Source of the DNA: Octopus sinensis
Taxonomy: Eukaryota
Direction: 5' to 3'
Assembly: GCF_006345805.1 (NCBI RefSeq)
Contig: NC_042999.1
Span: forward strand, 121,768,001-121,832,000
DNA length: 64,000 bases
The notes below the pieces were generated by a model. That model was not told the DNA's origin. It saw nothing but the letters and a program-made list of their open reading frames with translations, and made no database searches. The translations under genes were made by a program, and so were the position numbers. Every line of letters begins with the position of its first letter. Within the stretch, counting starts at the first letter, position 1. Shown piece by piece: positions 27,145-38,900 of the stretch.

Positions 27145-27548
27145 GTAGAAGTTTTGATGAGGACATTCTATCAATATTCCTTGAGTTGATGTTTATGACT
27201 ACATTCAATAAAAGGAGGATTCTCTATATTTATCTCAGTATAATCCTTTTGTTTTTGTTTTTGATGTCATTGTATATTGTTTTAGCCACAACTTTACGTT
27301 GCATTGGTAGGTAGCATCTTTAATGACATTTCTGGGCAGCTGCTGATCATGTGTGATGTCTTCCACAGAAATGTAACATCACATTTTCAGCTGTATCTAG
27401 AGGCTCCAAGGATCCAACTGTCTGTTTTGTTTATTAGATATTGTACTTATTTTTATTAGATATTTATCTTCTACTCTCGTATTGGCAATACATAGCCTTT
27501 AAACTATAATGTGATAAAGTGATTGTGAGTCTAAGAAAGGCTACACTT
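27145..27548. repeat. Diverged copy of the interspersed repeat at ~20290-20650 (opposite orientation)
   Basis: e.g. TGACATTTCTG.GCAG.TGCTGATCAT and AAGAAAG.CTACACTT are shared with 18680-18875 and the reverse complement of 20290-20490. Confidence 0.8.
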
Positions 27549-27626
27549 TCCCCTTTAAGTGTTCCCCTTTAAGTCTTCAAGAAATATACCCATGCATAAT
27601 CTTTTCTTTGTATGCTACATGTGAAA

Positions 27627-27703
27627 CTATAATAGCAGGACTACCCAAAACAGAGCTACATGTGAAACATGTAGCTCTGTTTTGGGTAGTCCAGCTATTA
27701 TAG
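27627..27703. other. 37-bp inverted repeat hairpin with 3-nt loop
   Basis: CTATAATAGCAGGACTACCCAAAACAGAGCTACATGT-gaa-ACATGTAGCTCTGTTTTGGGTAGTCCAGCTATTATAG; 36 of 37 pairs. Confidence 0.97.
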
Positions 27704-28301
27704 AATTGTATAGGATGCCATCAAGAAAGTAGTACTCCCTGTGAAACTCACTAATAGTATGTAGGATGTTGTTCTCTTCACTTTTAATACTAGATTTATG
27801 TTTTGTTATTTTGCTGTTGTTGTTTGCAGGTGCTATGTGACAATCAAAGGCTATCTGCACTGACATGAAGGTTCTGCTTTTGTCAACTCTTCTTAGGTAG
27901 AACTGGTAGATATCACTGTTACTGCATAAATTTCCAGATGCTGTCATGATTTTGCAGATTTTAATATCAATATAGTAGCTTTTCTCTACAGACCACTGAA
28001 GTGCCCCAAATGTTGATATCAGCACTGTTACTGCAAATACATTATATGATACTGTCTTGCTGTAAGAGGAGAGTTCTGACAGTCAGTCTCAGATCACTCT
28101 GTCTCTGTCTGCAGTATCTTTATTTGATATATTTTCATCAAACTTAGTTATTTGTAGCATTCTTTGTGTGGAATAGGAGAGGCAGAAAACTGAGTTTGGG
28201 GACTGTTTTTTCACATTCAGCAGTCAAATGTAAACTTTTCTTTTGACCAAATTCCATTCTCTTCATACGTCAGCTGTTTTTAGGTATCATAAATATTTAT
28301 A
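27704..28301 (-). mobile_element. RLE-type (R4/Dong/NeSL-like) LINE, RT C-terminal half (continues from 31349 across the hAT insertion)
   Basis: MEFG, ECYK*LS (YKYLG-like) and LISTFGALQWSVEKSYYIDIKICKIMTASGNLCSNSDIYQFYLRR (ORF 27627-28025). Confidence 0.8.
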
Positions 28302-28309
28302 GTATAGAC

Positions 28310-31300
28310 CATAGCTTCCTAAAGTGGGCAATATTGCCCACTGGTGGGCAATTTCAACTTACAGGTGGGCAATGGGCTAATTTCTAGAAAATAATGGGTG
28401 ATTTGAAATTCTGGTGGGCAATATGAACATTTTGTGGGTGATAATGAATTTTTAGAAATTAAGTCTGTATTTACTTGTATCTAGGTATGCCTAGAATAAG
28501 GATGCACTTACATTGATTTGACTACTCACATGAGGTGTCGGTTTAAAAAAGCAGACTTGTTTATTGAATATTTTTGTCACAGTCATTGAGATGGTTGTCA
28601 TGTGTTCTAAAAATAGCAGCTAAATAGGCCTAAGCCTTAAATCACACTATCACAATTTTTTTTGTTTTTGGAATAATCGCATGAAGTCCTGCATATAGAA
28701 TTCAAATTCACAAAAATTTTCTGAAAACTCTGAAAAATAAAAAAGTTATGAGGACTTACAGGTCGTGCATAATTCTGTGGTTTCATATCAAAACACAAGT
28801 GTTATTTTCAGGATGTTAACAAAATGAGCAGTCACATACAAAATGACAGTTTTGAAATTGTGTTTCTTGACTGGATGAAAATGATCAAACCCTAACCCTA
28901 ACCCTAACCTCTATAACTTTTTAAAAACATTTTTCTGGAAAAAGTTGAATAACTCCAGCAATTTAGCTTGGAAAACTATATTAATGTGCTAAATTTTAAA
29001 ATTTTCGATAAACTTTAATTTTTTAAATACTGGCAGTCAAACGAACAAGATCCATATTTGCTCCAATAGAGATGTGTCATCTGACTCTGCTCTATTGGCT
29101 TCTTCTTCTCTTTGGGGATACCATACTGCCTTTCTGATGCTACCTGTAAAAATTCATTTTCGCTTTACTGATGCCTCTAGTCAAGCAAATTTGTCAACAG
29201 TACAATAGTGATTATTTGTCATTTGGATTTATTCCCTCTTCTCAGAACTGTCAGTTACCAATGTGCCTTCTTTGCCATCAAACATTGACCAACGAAGCAA
29301 TGAAACCTTTATGCTTGATGTATCACTTTGGTGCAAAGCATTCTGACAAGAAGGACAAGCCATTATCATATTTTTTGCATCTGTGCTCCTCTTTCAAAAA
29401 GCAAATACAAACATTCAACATGCTACTCCAGGAAAGTAATAGACAGGAGAATGATGGATTGTTTGCATCATACAACATTGTATTGCTTGTTGCTAATTCT
29501 GAGAAGTCTCACACAATTGGAGAAACATTACTTTGCCCAGTTATTGAAAAGGTTTTATTAACCATTATGCATGAAAATCCCCTTAACATTATGAAGAAGA
29601 TCCCATTTAGTAATAACATAATTTCTCAACATATCGATGAAATGGCCAATGATGTCAAACATCAGCTCATTAATATTCTCCAGCATTCTGAATTTTCTAT
29701 ACAAGTGGATGAGTCAGTTGTTGTGGACAATCAATGTTTGATGATGGTATATGTTCGGTATTCCAGCAAAGACCTTCAACCTTGTGAGGAAATGCGGTCC
29801 AAAGAGAAATTGCCACTTGATTCAAAAGGTGCAACTATTTTTCACACTCTCAAGTCTTTCCTTTTTGAACATAATATCCCACTCAGTAATATTCTTGCCT
29901 GTGCATCTGATGGATCCCCTTCGATGATAGGAAGATACAGAGGTTTTTCATCACTCCTAAAGCATGAAATTTCCCACCTGATACTAACTTTTCATTGTTT
30001 GGCATACCAGCATCATTTAGTGGCAAAAAATATAAACAGTAGATTGAATGATGTGCTACAGTTAGTTATCAAGACTATGAGCAATTTGAAGTTTAATCCC
30101 TTGTCTGATCGAATTTTCCATCAACTCTGTCTGAGAAATAATGAGGACCATACTAAACTCTTATACCATACCAAAGTGTGGTGGCAGACAAAAGAAAACT
30201 GTGTTTTACGCTTTGTTGAACTATATCATAAAATCATATCTTTCTTTGATGGCTGCAAGGTGCGATATCTTCTTTTCTCTTTGTGATATATTCACAAAAT
30301 TAAATTTGAATAAGTTATTGCAAGAAAACAGAAAAATTCTCGTTGATAATAAACCATTTATCACTACCTTCATTACAAAATTGGTGCTGTATAAGACTAA
30401 CATTTCAAAGCATCAATTCCGTCAATTTCCACAACTTGATTCTTTGAAAGATGAGTTGGTTGATGAGGATTTAACTACATATCGCAACTATTTACAATCA
30501 TTGCATGATAACATGATGGAGCAATTTCAAGATGTTATTGTGCTGAATATTCCAAATTGGTATAGCAATCTGTTTGAAGTTGATGCAGTCGATTGCGAGA
30601 ATGATGTTCAGGAGGAATTGATAGAATTACAAAATGACAATGACACCACAATGCAATATCACCATAATGGCAAAGAAAGATTGTGGTACCATCAGAGTAT
30701 ATTGAATTCCTACCCCAATCTGTGGAAACATCTGAAATTACTTTTGCTTGCCTTCCCTACTTCATACCTGATTGAATCTTATCTTAACCATGTTGCAACT
30801 TTACTTTCCCATAAAAGAATTGGACTAGATGTGACACAACGAGGAGACTTGAGGCTAAAGTTGACAAGTTTGAAGCCTAATCAATCTGCACTAGCTGCAT
30901 CGCACCAGACACATGGTTCTCATTAAAAAGTTTTATTTTTTTCCTTTATAATATAATCATTATCTATTTTTGCATCGGAAGTTCTGATCAATAATTCATT
31001 TGGGGAAAATGAAAATCAGTGTAAAAGAAAGCGCAAGTTTCCAGAAGTTGATCTGTCTGAAAAATATAGTTAACATTAGAATTTAATTACACTAATGGCA
31101 AAACTAAACCTACAATAAGGGATTTATAAACAACCATATATTTAGTCCAAATGGCACTAACAGGGCAACGAGTCTATGATAAAGTATGTGTGTCAAATGA
31201 TATGGGGGGAGGGGGGTCCTAGGGGATTTTGTGTTGGGGGGATTGTGTCAGGGTTTTTTTACACAGGTGGGCGATGGAGCATTTTTTTGTCCGATGGTGG

Positions 31301-31340
31301 ACAATATTGCAATTTGGCAGGGAAAGTTTGGGAAACACTA
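28310..31340 (+). mobile_element. hAT DNA transposon (Charlie/Buster, ZBED5/SCAND3-like), full length
   Basis: Left TIR CATAGCTTCCTAAAGT vs right TIR reverse complement TAGTGTTTCCCAAACT (10 of 16 match). 8-bp TSD GTATAGAC (28302-28309) / GTATAGAA (31341-31348). Subterminal GTGGGCAAT repeats; internal transposase. Confidence 0.92.
29171..30926 (+). pseudogene. hAT transposase in two overlapping ORFs (29171-30286, 30141-30926), frameshift near 30255
   Basis: BED-finger-like YLSFGFIP..LPMCLLC..NEAMKP..H..KH; catalytic VDES and ASDGSPSMIG; HCLAY (CxxH altered); TKVWW (TEVRW altered); AFPTSYLIE (third acidic residue); C-terminal RGDLRL..HQTHGSH. Confidence 0.93.
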
Positions 31341-31348
31341 GTATAGAA

Positions 31349-32900
31349 CTTCAGGTCATCCACAAAGAAATTATGCACTACACTGGTATTTTTAGCAGTT
31401 TCAGACACTAATATGTAGCCATTAGTATTTTCTAAAAGAACTGATAATGGATTTGATGCCAAAAGAATTTCCCAAAGACTATCCCCTCAGAATATTTCTT
31501 TTGAAATATTTATAACAGCAGATGTAATCCACTGATATCACTTGTAAGTGTGAGGTTTGTTGCTCAGGTCTTTTTGAGTCTCTCAATAGCAATGACTAAT
31601 GTAGCAGTCTCTGTACTTGTACCAAGAGATTACAGCAACTATGAGTGGGGAATAGAATCAAATGCTTTCCTATAATAAGCCATACTGTCATAAGGTTCCT
31701 GCAATGTTTTTTCATACTCTGGACATTACAACTTCATGAAAAGTTGTTCAGCAAATCCCCACACTCCATTCATTCTATCTCCTGTTTATTATTCACGATG
31801 TTGTTGGACTCACAATGATCATGGAGTAATTAGTTGAGATAGCTTAAGTAAAGCTTGTATATAATGTTTGAGTAATGGGCCTTTAATTTTCTACCGTCTC
31901 TGATGTTTCACTTTTGGCTTTGAGATTCGTTTGTGCTATAGTAAACCAATTTAATACGTCAATATGACCTTCCATAGTTATTTGAAATATACATATTAAT
32001 GATTTTCAGTAGAAGGTCAGCTTGTATAAGTTTCCAACTACTAAGTCTATTCCAGGTGTCTTCCTGTTGTGTAGTTTGCCTCCAGCTGTGGTGAAAGTTT
32101 TGGTGTTGGTTGTGTATGTTTTACTGATGATGTTGGTACAGTATTCTTTCCTTACTGTATTTAGCCACGATGTGTTTCTTTTACATTTCCAGTATAGCAC
32201 CTGCGTATTGGAAGGAAACTGGTGATTTATACTGGCTTGCTTGAACATTTTTCTATGATAATGAAATTTTTCACTCAGCATCCTGAGTTTATGCTTTAAA
32301 GTAATTAGCTTTTCATCAAGAGCTTGGCATGAAGAGTCATTGGAGAGTTTCGTTATTTTTTGCATAAGGTGTAATTAGTGAGGTGTGCACCCATTATTCT
32401 TCTTACATTTTATTGTTATGATTAACCACCCAATATGGTAGCATAGATTGTTGATGCTTTCTTCAAGTTTTGTTTACTAGCTACGTTATACCTGTTTAGT
32501 TATTTCATAAGTAACCATTTAGTGATTTCATTATTTACTCCTATGTGTTCTTTAAGAGTGATAGCAGCTGTGTATATGAGGATATTAATATTCCAGTAAT
32601 TAACATCACATGATTCTATGCACTTCCCAGTAATACTATTCATAACTTTCAATATGAGAGCAATTGACTCATTCTAATATCTCAAGATTGTAGTTTCAAA
32701 ACGTCCCCAAGTTTAGTATGTTCTACATTCATTTCTGCTGAATTGACTACATATGAAGGTGTATGAGAGTTTACTGATGGTGGCTGCAATTTGTTTACAT
32801 TACTTTGATATTTCTTATAATAGATTTTGATCAGTCATCAAGGTTTTTAGAAGAATTATCAGCTTCGTGATATTTGGAATAACAATTCCTATATGTGATA
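31349..32900 (-). mobile_element. RLE-type (R4/Dong/NeSL-like) LINE, N-terminal region and RT up to the catalytic DD
   Basis: YRKAFDSIPHS (~31650-31685), IF*GDSL (~31470-31500), HNFFVDDLKFY ending at the hAT TSD; upstream ORF 32006-32365 resembles the pre-RT region. Confidence 0.85.
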
Positions 32901-32930
32901 CCTATTATTATTATTATTATTATTATTATT

Positions 32931-33540
32931 GAGTGAGCGAGCAGAGCATGCCATCAAAGTGACACTGGGGTAAAATATACGAAGCCCAGTATACCCATCA
33001 TGACTACCCGTCCGATAAGGGCACACCAGGCACATGCATCACAACCATATGTGCGCGACATGGTGATCTCATATCAAGATAAACAGCACATGACCTTGCA
33101 GGTGGAGCCCAGTTAGAATTTTCTTCAGATCGAGTAACCCATCCCGCTCAAAAGGTCCCTGAATAAGGGTTGTTTAAGGACGTTGAACGAAACACCTATG
33201 TTTCCAGAGGTGAATTATTCAAACCCCAAAGAATCCTTCTCAACACATGGCTATGATGCTCCCCCACTACTTCTGCTCGTGATCAGAGATGCACATATCG
33301 TCAGCCACTAAGGGGCATGCTCAACTGGTTAAGGTCAAACAACTGACAAGCAAATCTGTGGTATTGAGCAGAATATTTGCTGTAGCCCATCTTTTATACC
33401 AAGACAAAACAATGTACATGATAACACTTCCAATCACAATGTACATGATAACACTTCCAATCACAATGTACATGATAACACTTCCAATCACAATGTACAT
33501 GATAACACTTCCAATCACAATGTACATGATAACACTTCCA
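32931..33540 (-). mobile_element. SINE/LINE-derived interspersed repeat flanked by (TTA)n; second copy at 45219-45571
   Basis: GAGTGAG..AGCAG.GCATGCCATCAAAGTGACACTGGGGTAAAATATAC is shared; the 45 kb copy has an internal deletion. Confidence 0.85.
33410..33540. repeat. Perfect 27-bp minisatellite, 4.85 copies (CAATGTACATGATAACACTTCCAATCA)
   Basis: Units start at 33410, 33437, 33464, 33491 and 33518; no spacers. Confidence 0.98.
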
Positions 33541-34033
33541 TTATTATTATTATTATTATTATTATTAAATAAGTGAGAGTAGAGAGGCAAGTTTTGTCTA
33601 GTGAGTGTTTTAAAAAAAGATGGGTGAATGTAGTAAAGATGGCACGTATGAATGACGAAGCCACCTTGACTATGGTCCTATGAAGCGTAAAAATTAATAC
33701 AGAGAGTTGCTTATTTGTAAAAAAAATATAACATGTGACTTCATTGACCGAGGTTACCGTGGTCTTTTCCGTAGGCTTTTCTTTCCACTGGTAAACCTCA
33801 CTTGCCCTCCCCTTTACACTTTATATTGACATTTCTGTGATAATGATCCCTATTGATAGATTTTTTCTTTTTCCTTTTATTTTTATCCCCAACTTTTTTT
33901 TTTACTTTCCTCTTTCCTTTTACGATCCCTTTTGATCGAAAACCAAACCCCTTTTTATTATCCCCAAAAAGACAAGCTCTACCTTGTAATTTGTCCCGTC
34001 TGTGTGCAGCCCTGTGTGGCTCATAAAGAAACA

Positions 34034-34064
<31 letters not shown>

Positions 34065-34465
34065 TTGCAAAGCAAGATGCTTGTTGTCAAAGCTGTTTTG
34101 CTGTAAAATAGTTTGTGTGAACTTCATCCCATATTTTCGTGTATGTCTGTATGCATGTTTGTACCTATGTATAAATGTATATATGTATGTATGTTTTATT
34201 TAGAGTTTATTTTTAAGTTTTTTCTTTTTTTTTTTTGAGAATTCAAGCCAGTCACTAACAGAGTGGCAAGGCTCTTTTGTTTCAGTCAAGAAAACTCTTG
34301 ATGCTTATGATTACCTGAATTGGTTAATGTATACATATATGTTCTGATTTAAGTGCATGTGTATGTGCGTGGAAAAAATTGCAGTTGTAGGTTTTATAAC
34401 AGAACACAGGTGCATGTCTCATTACTGTTTGTGTGTTCATGTATTTGCATTTTTAAAAAAAATTT

Positions 34466-34974
34466 AACTGGACTCTTCTACCTTTCACAAGAGATGATAC
34501 AGGTGGTAGTTTCCCATATATTTGTACTTTGGTTGGATCACACTTCCATGAGAGATTTTGAGCTCTCATAAGGAGGCGAGTGTAAGTTCCATCCAACTGC
34601 CTCTCAGGCTTCTTTGAAACGTCCAGGTTTCTGAGCCATATAGTAGAATTGGTTCGAATGTGGCTTTGAAGATTTTAAGTTTGTAAATCTCTACTTAGAT
34701 TTGATGACCAGATCTTATGCATATCATATGAAAGGTAGAAGAGTCCAGTTTGCTGGACATTGTTGTAGAGCTGAAAACGAGGTAATTTCTACTTTTCTCC
34801 CTGGAAGCCATCTGCTTGCGATACTAGAGGGCGCACACTCTCCTACCCTGATGTAATCTCCAGGGATACAGGCATCCAGCAACAGGACCTCCGTAATGCT
34901 ATGATGGACCATGAAGTCTGGCGTAAGATAGTAAATTCCATTGTCTCTACCACGGTCGAACAATGATGATGATA
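34466..34974 (+). mobile_element. 3' fragment of an RTE-clade LINE with inverted 5' part
   Basis: 34466-34714 antisense encodes LKIFKATFEPILLYGSETWT...LDGTYTRLLMRAQNLSWK...SSLVKGRRVQ; 34729-34974 sense encodes KGRRVQFAGHCCRAENEVIST...WRKIVNSIVSTTVEQ* plus a (TGA)n tail. Confidence 0.93.
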
Positions 34975-35009
34975 TGCATTTTATATGCATATATGATTGT
35001 GTACAAAAG

Positions 35010-35500
35010 CTCAGCCAGGAATATCAGATGGAAATCTCTGATATGTTTCGAGATTTTCAATTTCTCTTACTGTATTAGGAGCCTGCAAATCAGTCTACTG
35101 TGTTCATTTTTGAAGAACCCAAGTATTTCGAGGTTTTATATACAAACCAGCTGTTAAGTGGTCTAGTGCTCCTAGATTAATAGGAACAAATGAAAATACA
35201 TAGCCTTGAATTAAAACTCCATAGATGACCTCCTTTCCACCAATTTTTGAAGAGACATTTGCATCTACTGAACAACTGATCCATGTAACAGTGCATGACT
35301 TTTGATCTCTGCAACATACAACCATATCTACCTTGTGCCAACACTAGTTTGCTTTTCTACTGGAATGTTTCATTAGTGTACTTTGGTGTAGCTGTCAAAA
35401 TAATCATTCTTGAATATAGCTTTGTAAACTGTCTTGGTAACAATGTCATGTATCATGGGCAGTAGTATTTTTCAGACATTTTTAGGCAGCTAGAGATGAT
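35010..35500 (-). mobile_element. C-terminal RLE endonuclease region of an R4/Dong/NeSL-type LINE
   Basis: IHDIVTKTV (RHD-like), HKVDMVV...ISCSVDANVSSKI...FVPINLGAL (ORF 35104-35325), LGFFKNE. Confidence 0.7.
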
Positions 35501-36779
35501 GTAAGTGATATCTTTCATATATGCATGGCATAATCGACTCTTTCTATTGAATTGTGGGGTTTAGAGGCATTCATATCTCTTTTGTTGGTCAGGTATTTAC
35601 TAGCTGTCTCCTCGGATAACAAAGGCAGTATCTATGTACACATGTTCATATAAGTGTTTGTGCATATACCTATGTACTTGTGAATGTGTTGCTTGTGTAT
35701 ATACATATGTATGTATGTTAATGTGCACACACACACATGCACACACCTTCACTATATTAGTAGCTACTTTAAAAATCACATATTTCAATATGCTCCATGT
35801 TTATATTTAAAATTTTTTCCTTTTAATAGTTGAATTGAAAGAATATTGTTTAAACTCACTTTCAAAAACTTGTGAAGTGAAAATAATTCTTAGTTCTTAA
35901 AAGAACTATAAATTTCCTCACAAATTAACATCTAGACAAATAATTATAAAAGTATTACAATACCTCCTTCAAGTCAAAATGAACTTGCCAATTTTTATTT
36001 TTAAAAATATATTAACTCATCAACAAACACTTCTGTGACTAATAAACAAAATTTCTTTCTTTTTTATTAAAATTATTTTACAATATGTATATCAAAATCT
36101 ATGTGTGTGCATACTGTGTTTATATTTCCATATATATACATATATGTTTATCTAGCTGTTTGTATGTCTGTGTAAGGGTAAGTGTTTATGTCTGGGTATA
36201 TGCCTGTGTGTTTGTGTGTGTATTTATGCATATATATTATATTATAGCATTATGCATATTTTACATGTGCATATGCATGCATACTTACATACATACACAC
36301 ATACATACATACATACAAACACACATACATACATACATACATACATACATACATACATACACAACTGTAAATAATATCTTTTTGTAGGAGGCTTTCTTGC
36401 AATAAGATATTAAAAATGCAATGATTATATATATAACAATTTATTATATGCTTCAAAATATTTATTAATACACCATGGTAAACAGGATCAGATTTAAATC
36501 TTAGTATGCCCAAGACACTTTAAGTTCTGTGGGCCCTCAAACACAAAGATTAAAATTCATGATGAATCCAAGAATTTACATTTGAAAACCTGTCTGTTGT
36601 ATTAATTGTAATTGGCAAATTAGCACACAGAAAGTTTCAATACATTTGTCTTTGCAAATTTTTATCATTTAAATTATGTACAATAAATTTTACCATCCTA
36701 TCACTATATACTACTATATTACCTTTCTTTCTACACCTGTAATCTGAAAATTTTTAAGGAATTCCTCAAACTATTGTTT

Positions 36780-38900
36780 TTAGAACACTACTCTCTATAT
36801 TCAAAAAGCAGAAAGCACTTAGTCTTTCAAAAGTCATTATGGTTCTCAGATAATCTTTTACCAGTCCTCATTTACTGAATGACATCTCCTATGAACAATT
36901 AGTAACCATCAAGATCAAATGCATTCTGAGAGCTACACCTACTCTTGAAAAGGTATCAGTAAGCCCTTCATCATGGATTAAAAGTGCCTTTTGAGATAGA
37001 GTGAGGCATGACCTCAGCTTACAAAGTTCTTCAAATTATAATTATTCTATGAACACATTAAAGTCACTGAAGAAAGCAGCAATGAATTTCGCAGTTTCAA
37101 TTATCTTTTCATCGGATAAGCTATGGAAGTTTACTATGACTTTGAATATATCATGCACTGACTGATAGACAATTCTAAATGTTTGAAAGATAACAGATAA
37201 CTGATCTAAACTGACATTAATGAGTCCCACATCTGGACCTTTCTCTTGCTGAAAGGACAACTTCCTCTGAGGCTGATGCTGGATTTGTGTCACATGTACT
37301 TCTTTTCCTTGGTTTGTGTGTTGTTGCTTTGTAGACTGCATTTTTACAAGTTCTCGAAATTCAGTTTAACTCTGCATGCATACTCTGAAGTGAATATTCA
37401 TACTGAGATCAGCTTCAAGTATTTGAAAATTTTTATTTGTACCATTAAAATGTGTGCAAATTAAATTCCATATCTTAGAGATCAGAGCAGCTTCAAGACA
37501 GTCCATTTTGTCTGCCAGCATCTGAGTCTTGCTTTGGAGGTTTCTTACATATCATTTACATTCTGAAGGCTTTTTGAATGTATCCATATTCATTAACAAG
37601 AACTTCAATAGCATCAGCTTGTGCTGACCAATAAGTGTTTGAAAAGGATTTCAAAGTTAGTACTCTTTTATTTCCTCCTGGTGGTGATTCATAAAAAATG
37701 GTGTATAAGTTTTGTACAAAACAAAATAGCTAACAACTTCTACACAGAAAAGTCAGCCATTTTACCAATAAAATTGGATGAATGAGCTGCACAAAGAATG
37801 AAAACTGCAGCCAGGTTCTTTTGCTTAAGTGGGGCTTGCATTCCTGTGAGGTAACTAGACATATTACTGGCATTGTAATAGTACTGACTTCTAGCAGTCT
37901 TTAGAATTTATCCCCACTTTTGTAAGAAATTCTGAGATGAAGCCTGTACTTCAGCTTTGTGAAAAGTAGTCTGCACAAAATTCAAAAGCATTTCTATTAG
38001 TTTCCCAGAAACAATAAGATGCACAATAACTTTAGTTGGTTGACATGAAGCCCTGTCCGTAGTTGAATCTACAGAAACTGAGAAATACTTGGTAGTTTTA
38101 AGTCCTGAAACAATAAGATTCTTAAAATATTTTGCCATCAACAGGACAATTTGGAATTACTAAATGCTTTCAAGTGACTCACCAGTAATGGATTAAAGTA
38201 GGCAATAAATACCCTAATCCTAAAGATTTTCCATCGTCCTATGATTCCTCCATTACCCTAAAATGTCAGGCCTCGCTTGGCTAGAAATATTGTATTGGCC
38301 ACATCACAGCACAATATGTCAGTCTAGTATTTCTTGCTTTCCTACACATGATTTTCAAACTTCCTGTTATATTGGGAAGATTCCCTACATGGAATATTGA
38401 ACTTCAACACAGAATTTCTATTGTCTTGGCTTTGTTCATGTGTTTTCATTTGCTCTTCTGCTTTTTCAGTATCATTAAAGCCATTGTTGTTAGAAAACCT
38501 GTCACATCAGATTGACATCAAAGTACAGAAAAAGCAATAAACTGCACTCTTTGATGGGCTGTTCAAGAGTAACTTTCTCAAATACTGATCACCATTGTCA
38601 TGGATAATATAATATACTGTAATTTTAAAATAACGGCAGTGCCCATTCAGTTTACCATCATCTAATTGATAATGATGCTGAGATTCTGGGAAAAAGTTAG
38701 AGGCAGTTTTGTTTTGACATATAACTGACTTAGACGGGAAAAATATAAATACATATAAATAATGCATTTCTCTGATAGAAAACCACATGGCTAGGTTTAG
38801 ATCCCATGCTGACATTTCACTGTTCATGTAAGTAAACTGTGTCAATTCATCATCTTCAATATTTTGAGTTGATACATTACTCATATTTTTTACAGATGTA
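36780..38900 (-). mobile_element. Heavily degenerate hAT transposase (ZMYM1/Tip100-like)
   Basis: RKLLLNSPSKSAVYCFFC (ORF 38507-38884), KYFSVSVDSTTD (ORF 37908-38141), and dimerisation-domain-like ALRMHLILMVTNCS*EMSFSK..KDYLRTIMTFERLSAF (~36810-36960). No TIRs resolved. Confidence 0.85.

Noticed and set aside
33410-33540. 27-bp repeats as a CRISPR array
   Set aside because: No spacers, no cas genes, eukaryotic context; plain minisatellite. The same applies to 46491-46565.
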